The translations under genes were made by a program, and so were the position numbers. Of a DNA stretch of 64,000 nt, positions 43,135-57,400 are shown one piece after another (position 1 is the first letter of the stretch; each line of letters begins with the position of its first letter). The notes below the pieces were generated by a model. It worked only from the letters and a program-made list of their open reading frames with translations, did no database searches and was not told the origin of the DNA. Source of the DNA: Acanthaster planci. Its lineage: Eukaryota. The DNA is taken from the NCBI RefSeq assembly GCF_001949145.1, contig NW_019091357.1:4426228-4490227 (forward strand), read 5' to 3'.

Positions 43135-46100
43135 TTAACCATGTATTATAGAAGGATGAGAAATGGTTAATCAAACTCATTTCTGGAATTATTATATGCA
43201 ATATCCAATTTCATTCGTCATAATGCCAATTCAAATAATGTAATTTGATACTGTTTCTCACATTTAGACACATTTCGAGTTCTGAACTTCAGACTGCACT
43301 TCCAGTCATGGACCTTATTTATCATCTGTCTTGCTTATTCAAAATAATTTGGACCTTTTTTGGTCCGAAGATTGTTGGGTGTTAAATAAAAAGGTATAAG
43401 TGCCCGGGTATGGTCCCAGGCATGCAAACTACTCGTAGTTCAGGAATGCATGCTTCTGTAGGTCAATTCATGAAGTTGGTAAATAGGTTTTGGTTGCATG
43501 CCAAACAGAAAGTGTGTTATTTTACCATACCGAGCACTTCTATGAGTCACATCTCTTGCAACTTTGGTGTACAAGGTTTTTGTTTCCTGCAGTGACCCAT
43601 CTATAATATCAGAGCCTGGCACTAAATTGTACATAATTCATTTTTATTTTGTGGCGTGCCTGTGCTATTGTTTTGTCCCAATAATTTTTCCCCTTCTATT
43701 ATCTGGTGATTCTTCCCTGTCAACCCCCCCATTTGTAAAACAACCCTGAAACAGAAAATGAAAGAGCAACATGAAAAGTTAAGAGCATTTCTACACTGTT
43801 ACAATAACAGCAAAAAAGAGATCAAACTCCACAGGAGAATTTTTTTTTTTAGGGTTTAACTTTTTGCTTCAGAATCTGCTGCAATGGATAAATGTGTAAA
43901 CACAGCTCCGAGAGTTGCCAAAACTGAAAAAAAAATTACAATTGTCCAATCTTTTTTAAATGCATGACACATACACGTACATGAACAGGAATTATAATGA
44001 GCAATTTGATTGATTAGATATATAAAGTAGAAGATGAGATTTCACATTATTATGTCCATTCGCATTGTGTTGAAACTGTTCCTTTGCCAAACTGCTACCC
44101 TGAGTGAGTTTTCTAAATCAGATCAAATATTGACATATTGGTAGTTATTGCCGCTTCGTTATCTGTACGTATGCATTAATTTTTCTTGGAAAAAAAAAAC
44201 TCTGCATCTAAAGCAATTTCCTCCCCCCCCCCAATTTTCATGATCACCTTGTAGACGATACTTTTGTTGTATCGTATAATTTGTGCATGGTGTTGATAGT
44301 CACTGCAGTAATGCATCCGTTGGTTTGTCGCCAATAAAGGGAAGGGGCTGTGCAGTAAAAACAAGTCTGCCGACTTCATGAGAATTTTACTTGACTAGAT
44401 TTGTGAATACATGTGTGCTGGATGATGTGACAGAATCTTGTGCCCCCCAAAACGATGTATTTTTAACCACTGCGTGGCCATGAAGTTTGGTGCACTTCCA
44501 GTGCCATTGGAGTGGAACACTGTACGTGCCTGTTCAGTTAAGTTTGAGATTGAGCCATTTTGGATCAGTCATAAACAATGAAGGGTTGCTGAAAAAAGAA
44601 AGTTTTTATCAGAGCTCAGTTGATTTGAACAGCTTGCCGTCCTCTGACATAAGAGTGAATAAACTTGGTCTTGCAAAGTTGTCACCGAGTGGGGTCTGCC
44701 ATGGTAATCAAGTCTTACTGTATCTTCCATATACTGCCATCTTCGGTGATCGTCAGGAATAAGGAGCTTCTAAGGTGTTGCATGTAGAAGACTCGATTGA
44801 AATAGGAAAGACCAAGGATGGAATAAGATGGTATTCACGGTAAAATGTGTCTTCACTGACAAGTGTGACATTCAATTGAATGTACAGTACAGTGTGAGTA
44901 AATAATGCAGTTTTTCAGAACCACTGAAAACAGGTCTTAACAGGTCATCTCCTGCAGTGACCATAAGTTCTCATCTAAGCAATACATTGCATTTCAGTGA
45001 ACTCAACTCTTGCACAAGAAACTTGATCAAACAACTGTTATTTAAAGTAAAAAAAAAGCGAACAAAATCTTCATCACAGATATGGTTTTGAATATGCTAC
45101 TAATTAAAAAAGTATTGTAATCAACCATTCTTATTTACATTTTCACGTTTGTTTACTAAAGCTTGTGGTATGTATTCACCCATAGAATATCATTTGTGCC
45201 ATGTACCGTGTCGCAAACCTCAAGTTGCCAGTTATAGCAGTTGTCTTGTAAGAGCCAGAGTATGTATAATGAAAAAGCTGTAGGGTTTACACTGTACCTA
45301 TTATTGCTTGATAGCGTAGCCTTGAAGCTATCGGGAGGAATCAAACCATTTGCATGCATAGATCTGCATTCATGAAAGTTAACACCTGCGTGCAACCTGC
45401 TGCATTTTTACCAATTAATTAATCTTCAGTTGAATGTAACTAATTTCCAGCTATAAGCCATAAACCATGTGCATATTGCTGCCATTTCAAACATTTAGTA
45501 TAACATGATAGTTGTGTTTTTAATGTCACGATCTATTGAAGTCAACCACAGTTAACACGTGCAAGTCAGTATAGTGCCCAGTGGGTTAAAATCTCTGGGA
45601 AAAACCAAGTAATAAGTTGAGTTTTTTTTTGTTCTTTTTGTTTACTTCATGACATTTTCTCTCGCTTAACAGTGAATGAGCAGCGTATATATGTACATGC
45701 TACTTCGGGTTTTTTTCAAAGCTGAGTTGTTATTAAGGCAAAGAGTTATGCTTCCTGTTAATTCCCTCCTTCCTATTTTGATGGTGCCACCCTAAAGTTT
45801 GTCGGGGGGGGGGACTTTGAAAAAATGTGAAATCAGAAACAAAAATTTTTTTCTTAGTTTGAACATGGTGCAAAAAGATTCACTGTGTACCATTGTATGT
45901 TATGCAGCCAGCTAGCATGACTATTGCTCTTTAACACAAGTTCCTCTCATGTGAAACAAATGCCGCCTGACCTCTCTTGCTGTTGTTATTTTTAACCACT
46001 TAATGCTTATTAATTTGCACACTAATCAGTAGTTTAAATAAAGTGAATGAAAAGTTCTGTTTGATAATCCTGTCTTCAAATGCATATTTTATATGTGAAG

Positions 46101-46260
46101 TGAACTTTTTTTCTGGCTTACATATAATTGCATATTCTGGGGCTTTAGCTGCCGGTAAAATTGCAATGATTTTATGCCTACTCACCACAGCATGACATTC
46201 ATGATTCATTAATTATTTGTTTCTGTCAAACATTTCCCAGGCGCAATATTATCACATGGA

Positions 46261-46333
46261 AAACAAACAAACAAACAAACAAACAAACAAACAAACAAAC
46301 AAACAAACAAACAAACAAACAAACAAACAAACA
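46261..46333. repeat. (AAAC)n microsatellite
   Basis: About 18 perfect units. Confidence 0.97.
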
Positions 46334-48510
46334 AAATAAATTAGTTAATTAAATTAGATAATTGAATATTACAGAGCTCATGCATTCTCAGAACTCCCAA
46401 TTGCTTGTACACTTTTTTTTTCCTTAGTTACTTCTGTCAAACATTTCCCAGGCACAATGTTATCACATGAAAAACAAAAAAACAAACAAAATTTGTTGAA
46501 TGCACCTGGTCATATGGTTTGCAGTTAACATGTACAACCACCAGCCAGTGCGTTCAATTTTCAGGAAAGATGTACCGTATTGGTGTTAGCACACTGAGCT
46601 AGCTGCGGGCACATATAAATAAACATGCACACACACATGCCGGCTCGCTTTCCTGATTTGAAGTCCTCATCATTGATCGAATGATGAACTGCTTTGAAAA
46701 TGAGAAAATGTTTGAAGATTTTTCAAAATTATTGAAAGCATGTTATCACATACACTATATACACACGTGGGCTTTTTTTTCTTCATGAGCACACTCAAAA
46801 CTGTAGCCTGTCTTTCTTTCGCTTTCTTCAAATTTGTCATTAACATCATCATATTAATATTTTTTGTACAAATATTTCACCTCTACATGTATACAGTACA
46901 ATGTGTGCCTGCACAATCATATACCTTATGCACTGACTGCAGATATCTCTCCAAGTTGCCCTCTATCACTGTGAAATTTCTCAGTCAGGGGACAAAAATG
47001 GCTGTTCCAGTTACTGCACCCAGAGGGGGGGTTCTGCATGAGCACAGTTGACGCTAGTATATAGTGCAAAGATCATCATCGCAGTTGGCTTTTTTTTTCC
47101 ACTCAGCAGTATATATACCTGTCATTGTTCAAAAGATTCAGGCCATATGATATTGATGTTGTCGTACATTGATTGGTTTAGTTATAATTATTACCATGTT
47201 CAAAATGTTGCCAGTCTTTCACATGTTTAACACCCTATCATAGACAAACTGATTAAAGCTTCAAATTTGAAGCACTCAGAACTTAATTGTTACTACCTGT
47301 TCATATAAATGAGACTGGGGAAATCCTTGTAAATTCATAGAGCACCTGTGGTCATATTGAAGAAATAAATGCATGTAAGGGGCTTAACTTTGTAAGGTAC
47401 TATAAATTGTACAAGCATTCTTTCATGTTGCAACACTGACGTACATGTAACATCTAGCATTTACAATGTACAACTGCACATATACATGTACATGCAAGTC
47501 AAGTTGTTTTTGATGTGTGAGTGCACATGGACAGTAACAGTCGTACAAGTTTTCTTTTTCGGGTTTTCATTTTGAGGGGCCTAAATGAAAAGTTATCATA
47601 CCAGTACATGTAGCTGCCACATGATTGACGCGCAGTGCTGGGATGAGCGTTGAATTTTAATTGATCTAATTGTGCATGGATTCTGAGAAGTCTGAGAGTA
47701 GTGTTGAAAAGAGCTCCGGGGGAGGGGGGCGTAGAGTTCCCATGGGGGGCAGTTGCCCCCTTGGCTACATCACCAGATCACGTGCCAGGCACTTCTCAGG
47801 GAGGGGGAACGGGGACAAGGAGGATTGAGTTCCCGTGGGAAGGGAGGGTACACTGGTTTCCCTGCCTTCCCCCCCTACACCACCACTGGCAGCATGAAGT
47901 CATGATGGCGAATACATGGTGTGTGTGGATTGGGGCCGGGGTCGAGGGGTTAATCAAAGGTTATGGAAAATGTAGTTGCATAGAAAGATAGAGTCAGGGA
48001 ACATTCATCGAAAGTCATTGTCATAGGGGACTCTGATGTGGGAACCCCTATACAAAGTGACAATAATGACAGTGAGACATAGCCCCCCTCCTAAAAACCT
48101 GTCATTACACATGTGGATATGTATTATATAGTACGTCTGTTACTTTTAAAGGGCCTTTGGGATGAATTTTACTTGTGCAACCTTATTCTGCTCTCTGTAT
48201 GATAACTACCCTTTTTTTGCATCCCTTTTGGGGTTACATGAAAACTATTGCTGTGTTGATAGTCAGGGAAGACACTGTTTATTTTAATCAAAAACTCTGA
48301 AACCAAAATTTGCTCATGGAAAACATTTCTGAGAAAGGATTGCGTAGACACTTCTGCAATGATGAACCAACAAAGAAAAGGAAATTGAGGCCAGCCAAAG
48401 ATGGGAAAGATTCCAGCATTTTTTGTGTACACATCAGTGTAACACAGAGAATTTCAGTCTTTCATCAGGGATGGCGTCACACTTTGGCTCACAAACATGA
48501 GAATACTCAT

Positions 48511-48993
48511 TAGGACTGAGTCAATTTGAATTATTCACTGTTCGAATATTTGACCTTCAATTCAATCACATATTGGAAAATCTGAATATTCGGTCTTACC
48601 AACCAGCAGTTTGTTGATGATTAAACCATACATACAAAATCAGTTGCAATAACGCACACAGTTGTACATAACAATAACTATAATAGCTTCTCACGTCTAG
48701 GAGTATCTACAGCCACAATTTAGCAAGATTTAAGAGACAAACAGTATTTCTCGCCCTGTTACACATTTTCTGTTCCTTTTAAATTTTTTAATGATTAATT
48801 TACTTTCTGAGTCGTTGTAAGATTTTTGTCTCTTTTCATTTGAATCTACTTGAAACAAGCCCCCATGGTACAATATTTCTCATTTAAAACAAAAGAAAAT
48901 TCTCCCTTTTCATGAGTTTTGCATTCGAATATTCAAATTTGGAAAATAATATTCAATAGTCGATCGAATATTCAGGTATTCTTCACAGCTGTA
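48511..48993. mobile_element. Degenerate hAT-like MITE
   Basis: tagg.ctg...cacagctgta ends, with clustered cgaatattc subterminal repeats at both ends. Confidence 0.4.
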
Positions 48994-49211
48994 ATACCCA
49001 TTAGCATAAAAAACAAAAAACACTGACATATTCTTTGAAATAGCAAAACAAAAATTTTAAAGAAGTTTAATTTGTAAAAACGATAATTTATCGGTGCCTT
49101 TGAATGACTAATATTGTCTCAGTTTGAATGGATCCAGAGGGATCCCTCCCTGTTTTAGATTGTTTTTATAGGGAGAAATGCTTCTTTTTATAGGAAGAAA
49201 TGCATCTTCCT

Positions 49212-49337
49212 ATAGAGGGTTTGCATGGCTGCCATCTTGCAGGACAGTGCTTTTGTTCCAAGGAGTATGCACAGAGGAGGTTTCCCTGAGGAACAAAACA
49301 ACTTCCCTGCAAAATGGCTACCATGCAAAGCATCAAT
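49212..49337. mobile_element. Palindromic ~125-bp MITE
   Basis: Arms 49220-49243 and 49306-49329 pair 21/24, plus TTTTGTTCC/GGAACAAAA; second copy at 37756-37861. Confidence 0.7.
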
Positions 49338-50155
49338 TTTTCTGATTTCTTGGCCCCGGAATGAAGGCAGAGATCCTCACTGAAATCATTGGGCATCTGG
49401 GGCACCTTCCTGTCATGAAAGCTGCAACTGGGCACCGTAAATGCTGAATCTGCCACTGCAATTAGAGACAGAGCTAGGTAATCATAATTATGTACATGTA
49501 AAAGATGGGTGCCGAATCACCAGTTGGTAAACTTGGTATGAGTGTGATCTATAGCAGTTGCTTCAGTGTTCGCACAGAATCATGTGCCCTCGTATGTTAT
49601 GAGTCGAAATGTCTATTAACTTGGCTTCTCTAACTGTCAGTCTTACACACAGCATTTGTGTGTTTTAAAGTAATAGTATTTAATAACTATTTACAGCTTA
49701 TATGGCGCCTTGCATTAATAAAAAACCACAAAGCCCTGAACATGTAATAATAAAATTAAATTTGTTAATTACAGTGGACAATTTAAGTTAAAAGATAACT
49801 AAATCTAATTAAAATTGTATATGCGCTACCCGCAGTGCCCCACTAACAGAACAACCAACGGATAGGCCAAGCAACCAACAGGCAGACAGGCAAATGGACA
49901 AAAACCAAGTATACGAATATAATATGCGAGATTGTCGCAATTAAAAATACTGACTTTCTGAATAAAAAAAATCACATCAAAATAGCATCTAATAAATGAC
50001 AGCACAATTGATGTCAACAGTCAGCTTAAAGAAGGCTAATAACAAGGGACACAGTTGTTTTGAATTAGCAACATCTTTATGTCAATTAAAGGGACATAAT
50101 GAGGAGAATCCTGACAAAATTTCATTGATTGTGAGTAGTCATCGGATTCCATTAA

Positions 50156-50728
50156 AGGACCCAGGTAATGAAGTTTTCTTAGGCTTACCTTTTGTGCATT
50201 TTCATACTCTTCTTCACTGTAGGACAATTTTTTAAAATCCTATTGGAATTACATGTGAATGTTCTGAAAAGTGCACTGTTTTAAATACTAACGACCTTCA
50301 AGCTTCTCCAGACAAGTGAGGGCACTTTTGCTGTGATATGTAAAATCGGGCAAGACATTGTTTGGTGTACCGGTACATGTTTGAATCCCAAATTTGCCAT
50401 TCGGAAAATATATCTTAGACAAGGTTGCTCGCTGGTTTATTGCCATATACTTACTCGACAATAAATTGCCAAAGAAATGGAAGTAACTACAGCAAAATAT
50501 AAAATATTCAACAGTTTTCTGTGCACAGATCATTGTAACATTGAGGTTCAAAGCTGGGAATGACCTCACAGTTTTGCTCATAAATATGCAAACCATTAGC
50601 ATTCAAAACCAAATAAGGCTTCAAAATGCAGATTAAAATAGCAAAACAGAAATTGGAAATAAGGTTAATTGAAATACAAAGGTGCAATTTCAAGATTTGT
50701 AGTAAAATAATTGCGTTAAACAATCCCT
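50156..50728. mobile_element. Kolobok-like non-autonomous DNA transposon, copy 2
   Basis: TTAA|AGGACCCAGG ... ATCCCT|TTAA; shares gacaagtgagggc, ttttctgtgcaca, gttttgctcat.aatatgcaaa and ggttaattgaaa..caaag.tgcaatttcaag with copy 1. Confidence 0.7.
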
Positions 50729-51431
50729 TTAATGCGCTAATGCATTTCTGTTAGCGATGATTTGATAATTTCCCGTTTCTGCATGTAAAGTGGGTGTGCA
50801 GCTTGTTAAGGTTGATCATCCATTACAGCTTCTACTCCTAAAGTATGCCAACTACAAAGCAGATAGATCCCTGCATGAGAATAACCACATTTTTACATGC
50901 ATCCTGCTATTCACACTGCACTCATTGTGCATGTACATGTACATGTATTTCTATACAGTACACAGGCATTTGATATTTCGAGTTTGGGAAAAAAAGTGAT
51001 GAGCCTTATGCATACTGGCTTGAGTGTAATTGAGAGCGGTTTGGAGATGGTGACCCATGTGCATGGTCAAGGTTCAATGTGTTTTTATTTATTTTTTTTC
51101 AGTGAATTGCAAACAGTCACCTACGTATGTGTATGTGCAGATGAAATTTCGGCTGGCAATCGGTTCCAAATTGCTCTTGATTTATCCCTCATATAACACA
51201 CTGGTTTATGGAGGGTGATCCTTTGCTGTGGCAGTGCTCAGCAGAGCAGTGGAATGAGTTACCTGATAGCTTCAAAGAAATAGATGAAATTGACTGTTAT
51301 AAGTTGAGTCTGAAAACTTGCTTACTAGTTTCCTAAGTGATGCTTAGAATGCACTACTCTCCTGTGTCATCACCATTTCTCCTGCAATTGTATTTTTCTC
51401 TTTTGTGTACTCTTCACTGTCCTTTTGCTCT

Positions 51432-51497
51432 TTAAGCGTATAGAGACTTTTATGAAATTGTGATATGCGCTATACAAAAGCGGCTCGTTATTATTAT
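51432..51497 (+). mobile_element. L2-type 3' tail fragment
   Basis: taagcgtatagagac...tgcgctatacaaa...ttattattat resembles L2/L2-SINE 3' ends. Confidence 0.45.
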
Positions 51498-54400
51498 GTG
51501 TAATTTGAGGTTTGATCTTGACCCTCGATCTGCGTGGACTTGACGTGAGGTTGAGATTGTGGTAGTTAAGTTTAATAGTTATCACTTCACTGAGCAGTTA
51601 CCCTTGCAGTGGCACACAATGCAATGCTGCATTATGAATCTGGATTTGTTGTAGGAATGTTAGGGAGAGTACTGTGAAAAAAGAGTCAGGGATTTAGTTC
51701 CTGGTTTCAGCTTTAGCTTCCCAGCAACCCTTCTATACAAATAATGATAACCTTTCCTCATAGCTGCAGTAGGACCGCATAGTCTGAGCCCCCCCCCCCA
51801 TATTCACTCACATAGCATTGCATACCTAGTGTGGACCGAGTCAGCCCTAACAGTCCTCAGTCCTCTAACAGATGAGGAATTGAGGACTGTAAAGGTTAAA
51901 GAAATCACGGTGAATGTATTTTTTTCCTTTAAAGAGTGAATATTATTTTACTCTGGTTTTTTTGTCAATGAAGACGATGCATGATATCCCTAACTGTTCT
52001 TCCTTTTGCTGCAGATAGCCCTCCCCCCAAATGTCTGTAAAACCTGTTTTTCAAGGGGGGGGACCTTGTGTGGACCTTGCTTAGGTCCACACAAGGTCTA
52101 CACAACTTATGTTAGGTGGACCTGCTTCTTCTCCAGTCCACACAGAGATGGCAAGGTTGGCAGAACAGGTAGAAAGCCAAGTATTTTGACAGAAGCACAG
52201 TTGATGAGCTCTTGGTTTCTGATGGTGACAGAAACTTCAGTACTTCACGGTTGTTAAGTTGTATTCAGTTCGTGGAGTTTTTCACTTGCGAAATTGCTAC
52301 CATGGTCATCCTGAACAATTAAAATATAAATTAAATGATTTGAGATATTAAATAATCTCAGTGATGGATATGAATGAATGTTTTAAGACATACTTGTAAT
52401 GAATACAAAGTCAGGCCAAAACTGTTCCCAAGTAATTAACCAAGTACTTTCACCAGAACATTTGTTTATCACCCTTTCCCAAAATTCAGTTTTCCAGTTC
52501 CTATACAGACACTCTAATGGTGACCCTTCCACATAATGCCTTGTCAAAGTGATGGCTTGTCCCCCCTTTAAATTTTCCCTACCCTTGAACTACATCTTCT
52601 GTGTGCTTCGATGTAGGCACTCACTCATAAATGTTTGCATGCATCCTTGCCCGTCCCTGCACATTACATAGACAGAAACCTGATTAGTCAAATACAGAAC
52701 TTGCAGGCTTGCCAAATCCTAAACCTAGATCACAGCTGTGAATTCCATTTTCCCTTCAGGGTGTATGCAGCGACGTCTCGACAATCAAAGCTCTACCACC
52801 CAATTATAGAGACCATCCTTGTTTCATTGACACCTGTGCTGATACTGTAATGCAGATATAAACCTAGAACAAAAACAACCCCTCCCCCAACAAAATTTTG
52901 CACAAAAGACATAAACGGACAATGAACCGTTCTCATTACTGGTACGAACAATATGCATTCATTGAAAGGGTTCTACACATTTATACATGTATGTTTATAT
53001 ACACAAAGAACTTGATGATGGCCTGAATGAATGCACTGTATATTTGCAGTTGTTATTATGAACAGCATTTAATTCAACAGTTTTCTGCTGGATGCACAGA
53101 GATGCATGGTATCTGTCTTGGTTCAGAGTGAATCCCATGAATTTTTAAGACTCCTTGTCATGAATCCACCGAGCTTGCCACCGTTTCATGTTTATGATGA
53201 TTAATGCACAAAACTAATTTAACAGAAAGTCATGCAAGCTGGCCGTGCAGTACGTTGCAGGTTATGTAGGTACACCCATATACCCATCACACATGCATGT
53301 GCATGTATTCTAAAGAAAATGAGATGATATCTGGTGGCTAAATATTGATTGACACAAACATGGAATTCTAGTGTTTAAGGAAACCAGTAATGTAATTATG
53401 ATAATATTCATAGTATAATAGTATTCTTACCAAGGGTTTTGCTTTTTTGTGGCAAATGCACCAAATTCACATCCTAATTCAGAGGTCTCCTTAAAGGGTA
53501 ATATATTTCTCTTGACTGCATGCATTCATGGACAAACATCTAGGTAACGTAGACATTTTCATTTGGAAGTGCTGTTTTGTTTTCACTGTGCCTGCTAATT
53601 TGCATGTTAATTAATGCATGATGAAAAACTGGTGAGCGATGCCTGTGTATTTTATACATTTCAAAAGACTTATAAATCCATTTGCTTTGTTAAATATATA
53701 GGCAAACCTTATATTAGCTCGACTTGTGCTTGTAAATCTGGGTAACTGAAAGGATTCCTGCTCTATGTTCATCTTGAACCTGCCACCATTTATATGCATT
53801 CATGCAATGTGTAATAACCAAATATAAAAGTGTTAAAACACACACAAATACCAGTTGAATGGTGACATAATGACACTTAATTTTGGTTTTGCAATATGCA
53901 GTGGGGTAAATCTGTGTGCCAGAGACTTGGGGTGAGGACGGGGGTGACTTGAATCCCCAAATGACCCGGCTGTTCATGAAGCATATGGTCATCCCTTAAC
54001 CTCACGTCGCAGTAGTGCATTTTAAAGCTTTTCTTCCTTTTTTAGTATTATTGCCCTGATTTTGATTTTTGAAAGTTCGAAAAAATCTCAAAATCCATCT
54101 TTTTTTTCTCACCACGAAGAAAGTGTTTGTGAGGGAGGAATGATGCACGTTCAGCTTTCTGATGGATATAGCTTTTAGTTAGTTTAGTTTTAAGAAGCAG
54201 AAAATCTTTTCTCGCAATCTCCCTTTTGCTTTCCGGTCCTTTTCAAGAGCTTATACTCTGCTCCTTTTGAAGAACAGGAAATGAAAGGGGACCTCGAATT
54301 TCTTTTTCAAAATTACATACATTTGTTAGCCACACTTCCCGTAGAACGTCATTTATACCTCAACGTTACCCCACCCATAAAAAAGAAAAGCAATTTAGGC

Positions 54401-57400
54401 AACGATTCTGTTTGTTCACATTTTCCACATTTCAAATCCCTCAGGTAATGTTGTAGATTGCCAAAACTACTTTGCGAGTTCACGGACGTTTAACGAGGGA
54501 TCTCTATTTTTACGCACTGAGATTTTCAGAAACGGCGCACCCCTTTTTCAGTTTCTATGAGGGAGGTGAAGAGAAAGACACTATGGATGAAAATATTATT
54601 TTGATGAAGTGGTTTGGGAGGGAACACGGTAAAGAAGAGATCGGTGTACTGATCCTACCCACAGTACACAAACTGGAAGATATTGATAAAATGCTCTCAA
54701 GGGTCCCGTTAGTTCCTTATGCCAGCATTTTTTATTTGATTGGTTTTCGAATATATACCATGACATTTTGGTAAGGCTGGAGGAAGGGGGAAAAATAAGA
54801 ATCTAAAGCTCCATTTTCCCTATACAGTTAACTTACCTAGGGGTCGGAGAAGAGGAAAAACTGAATTTAGTCCATTATTTTTTCCAAACACTAAAAACAG
54901 TATCGGGAAAAATGATGGGAATTTTTTTTGTCGTTTTACTTTTCCCCCCTAAAATTGCATTATTCGGAGTCGGCGGGGTTTGTAATCCAACTAATTGAAA
55001 ACGGAAGTTGGCCTTATACTCTCCACCCATCGTGTAGAGTTTAGCCCTGGTTTCCGGGAGCGGAAAATGGGAAGGGATGTAATTAAGGTAGGCCTGAATA
55101 TAAAGGGGTGTAAAACGCAGAATATGTAAATGTGTGGACATAGAGCTGGAAATAGCGGACTCCCCCCTTGTTTTCCCATGTAGGTTTTCCGTAATCGTTG
55201 TTTTTCAGTATTTGTTCGAGTTGGCTTTATACTTATCCCTCTCGATTTTTTCCCGTTCCATACGTCAGACCTCTGGTAGTGCTCATCCTAAATCTGTCGC
55301 TTTCTCCTCTTCGTCCTGAGCTTTAGGCCTGTACCATAATTCAGGGCATTGCCTATCAAAGAAAAGTTTCTGGAAGAGAATGGATCTTTCTCAGCCTGAT
55401 ACTTGGTCGAACTTTCAGAAAATGTAATATACAAAAATTTTTGCAAACTGGTTGTACATAAATTGTTTTCATCGTGACTGGGTTCACTGTGCTGAAGTAC
55501 ATGTAAGCCACAACATGTTGAACCCAAACATGAAAACCATCTGATGAGTTACGTAATGATAGTGGTTTGGGCTTTCAAAATCATGCACTTATTTATCGGG
55601 AAAATGTCCCCTGCCATCCCTCCAAACTTGTCGCTGTTTTCCAATGCAGTTATGTATTCACACCTACACGAAACTGTGGATTTGCCGTTGAAGAGTTTAA
55701 GTTGAAAATACATAGACACGTGAATTTATGGGACTCCGCAATTTCGTCCGATATTGCCATCACCCTTAAAATCTCCTGTTGGGGAAGTGCACTGGAGCAT
55801 GACCAGTAAGGTATATGCTTTGTAATTCTTGCATAATAATGAAATCCACTCGTGCGTGACTCTCAGTCTTCCCAAGTGGCAAGTAAGCGGCAATTATAAG
55901 CCCTTGAAAAGAGACCACGAGGATTCAATTTTACCGTCTCGATACATGTACCCGTGCAAAGAAAAAGTTCAGCAAGTTCTCGATCTCGTTTTGGTCTGGA
56001 ATCTACAGGGTTGGCACTGTAATGATGACCACAGTGAAGAGTGGAATGATTGAAAAACAACGAGTTGGCAAAACGATATGCCGCATTGCATTCTTGGTGA
56101 AAACGGCAAGTTGTGTTATATGAAAAATGGGTTTGCGGGTACGCCATCCAATCAATCTCTTTTGGGCGAGTTGTGGTTCTTAATAAAAGAACCGTTGAGT
56201 GTTAACTCGACGTTTCGGCCAGTGTGCTCTGGCTGTCTTCAGGAGAGTGGACGGAGGACGGTCAGCGCACACTGGCTGAAACGTCGAGTTATTACACTCA
56301 CCGGTTCTTTAAAGAACCACACCTCGCCCAAAAGAGATTGATTCCATGGCAGCATGCCGTACCCGCAAACCCATTTCTCATGTCTCTTCCACCGTGCAAA
56401 GCTTCAAATCTTAAGTTGTGTTATAACCATTGTGATGTGTGTGCATAGCGTAAAGTCATATCAACGACAGAGTATTCCGAGTTCAATTTTCGCATGATTT
56501 TAGTGGCGCGTTTTTGTTGCAGCTTGGAGGCATTATTCCTTCATGGCTGCGCCAACACGCTGACATGCATGTGTATAGACAAGACCCTACAAACCAAGGA
56601 AACACTGAAATGTAACTTATATTTGATAAGAAAACGAACTAAGTGTAGGCCTAGTTCAAAATTTGAAGGACTGTTTTCTGGGGAAGAACACTGCGTTGTA
56701 AAATAACATACCAGCTCGAGTTGTTTTTTTTTATCTGGCTTGCAACGTGAAATATGAACTAATCAAGCTAAACTAAACTTAAGCATATGTTGTCCCATTA
56801 CAAAATAATTGTGTTGACATCATGTTATTTCAGGTTTGTCAGTAAAGCAAGCCAAAGCAAACTGCCCGCTGATGATGGCTTTTAATAAATCCATTGGGTT
56901 TCATGCTTTTCAGTTGTGGCCGCTTCTCCAGTTGCGAGGGCAGGTGGGGGTCCCATAAGCATAAACACTTGTGCGTGGATAAAGTCTTTGACAAACGGTT
57001 TGTGTGATAACTTAAGTAACTCAACTGTCGTGGTTTTTTTCTATAGGTAAAACTAAACACCAATATTAAGAGATGCGCACGGCATGACGCTGCAAACTTG
57101 GGCGGGTTAGGTCAGGCTTGCTACTGAGACGGAGCGTGACACTGTGACCTCGATCACTGCCCTCTACCCGTTCACAAAACTAACGGCAACCGTTTAAACG
57201 CCCGTACCAGAAAGCTTCTAGTTTAACTGCAAAATGAGACGGTTTGAATTTTTCTTATTTCTCCATGCCTATTGTGGTAACCGGTTTCGGGCTGCGGCGA
57301 TTCATCAGTGATTGCCACACGTCAATGACAGTAGTCGGTCCACCGTGATACGGCAGACTCGGAGAATTCGAAAGGAAGTTACGTGGGATATATAAATATA

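Noticed and set aside
48310..48513. Short ORF with NLS-like PTKKRKLRP
   Set aside because: No clear splice sites, partner exons or recognisable homology
54828..54845. acttacctag resembling the U1 snRNA 5' end
   Set aside because: No U1 body or Sm site follows; it is the reverse complement of a splice donor
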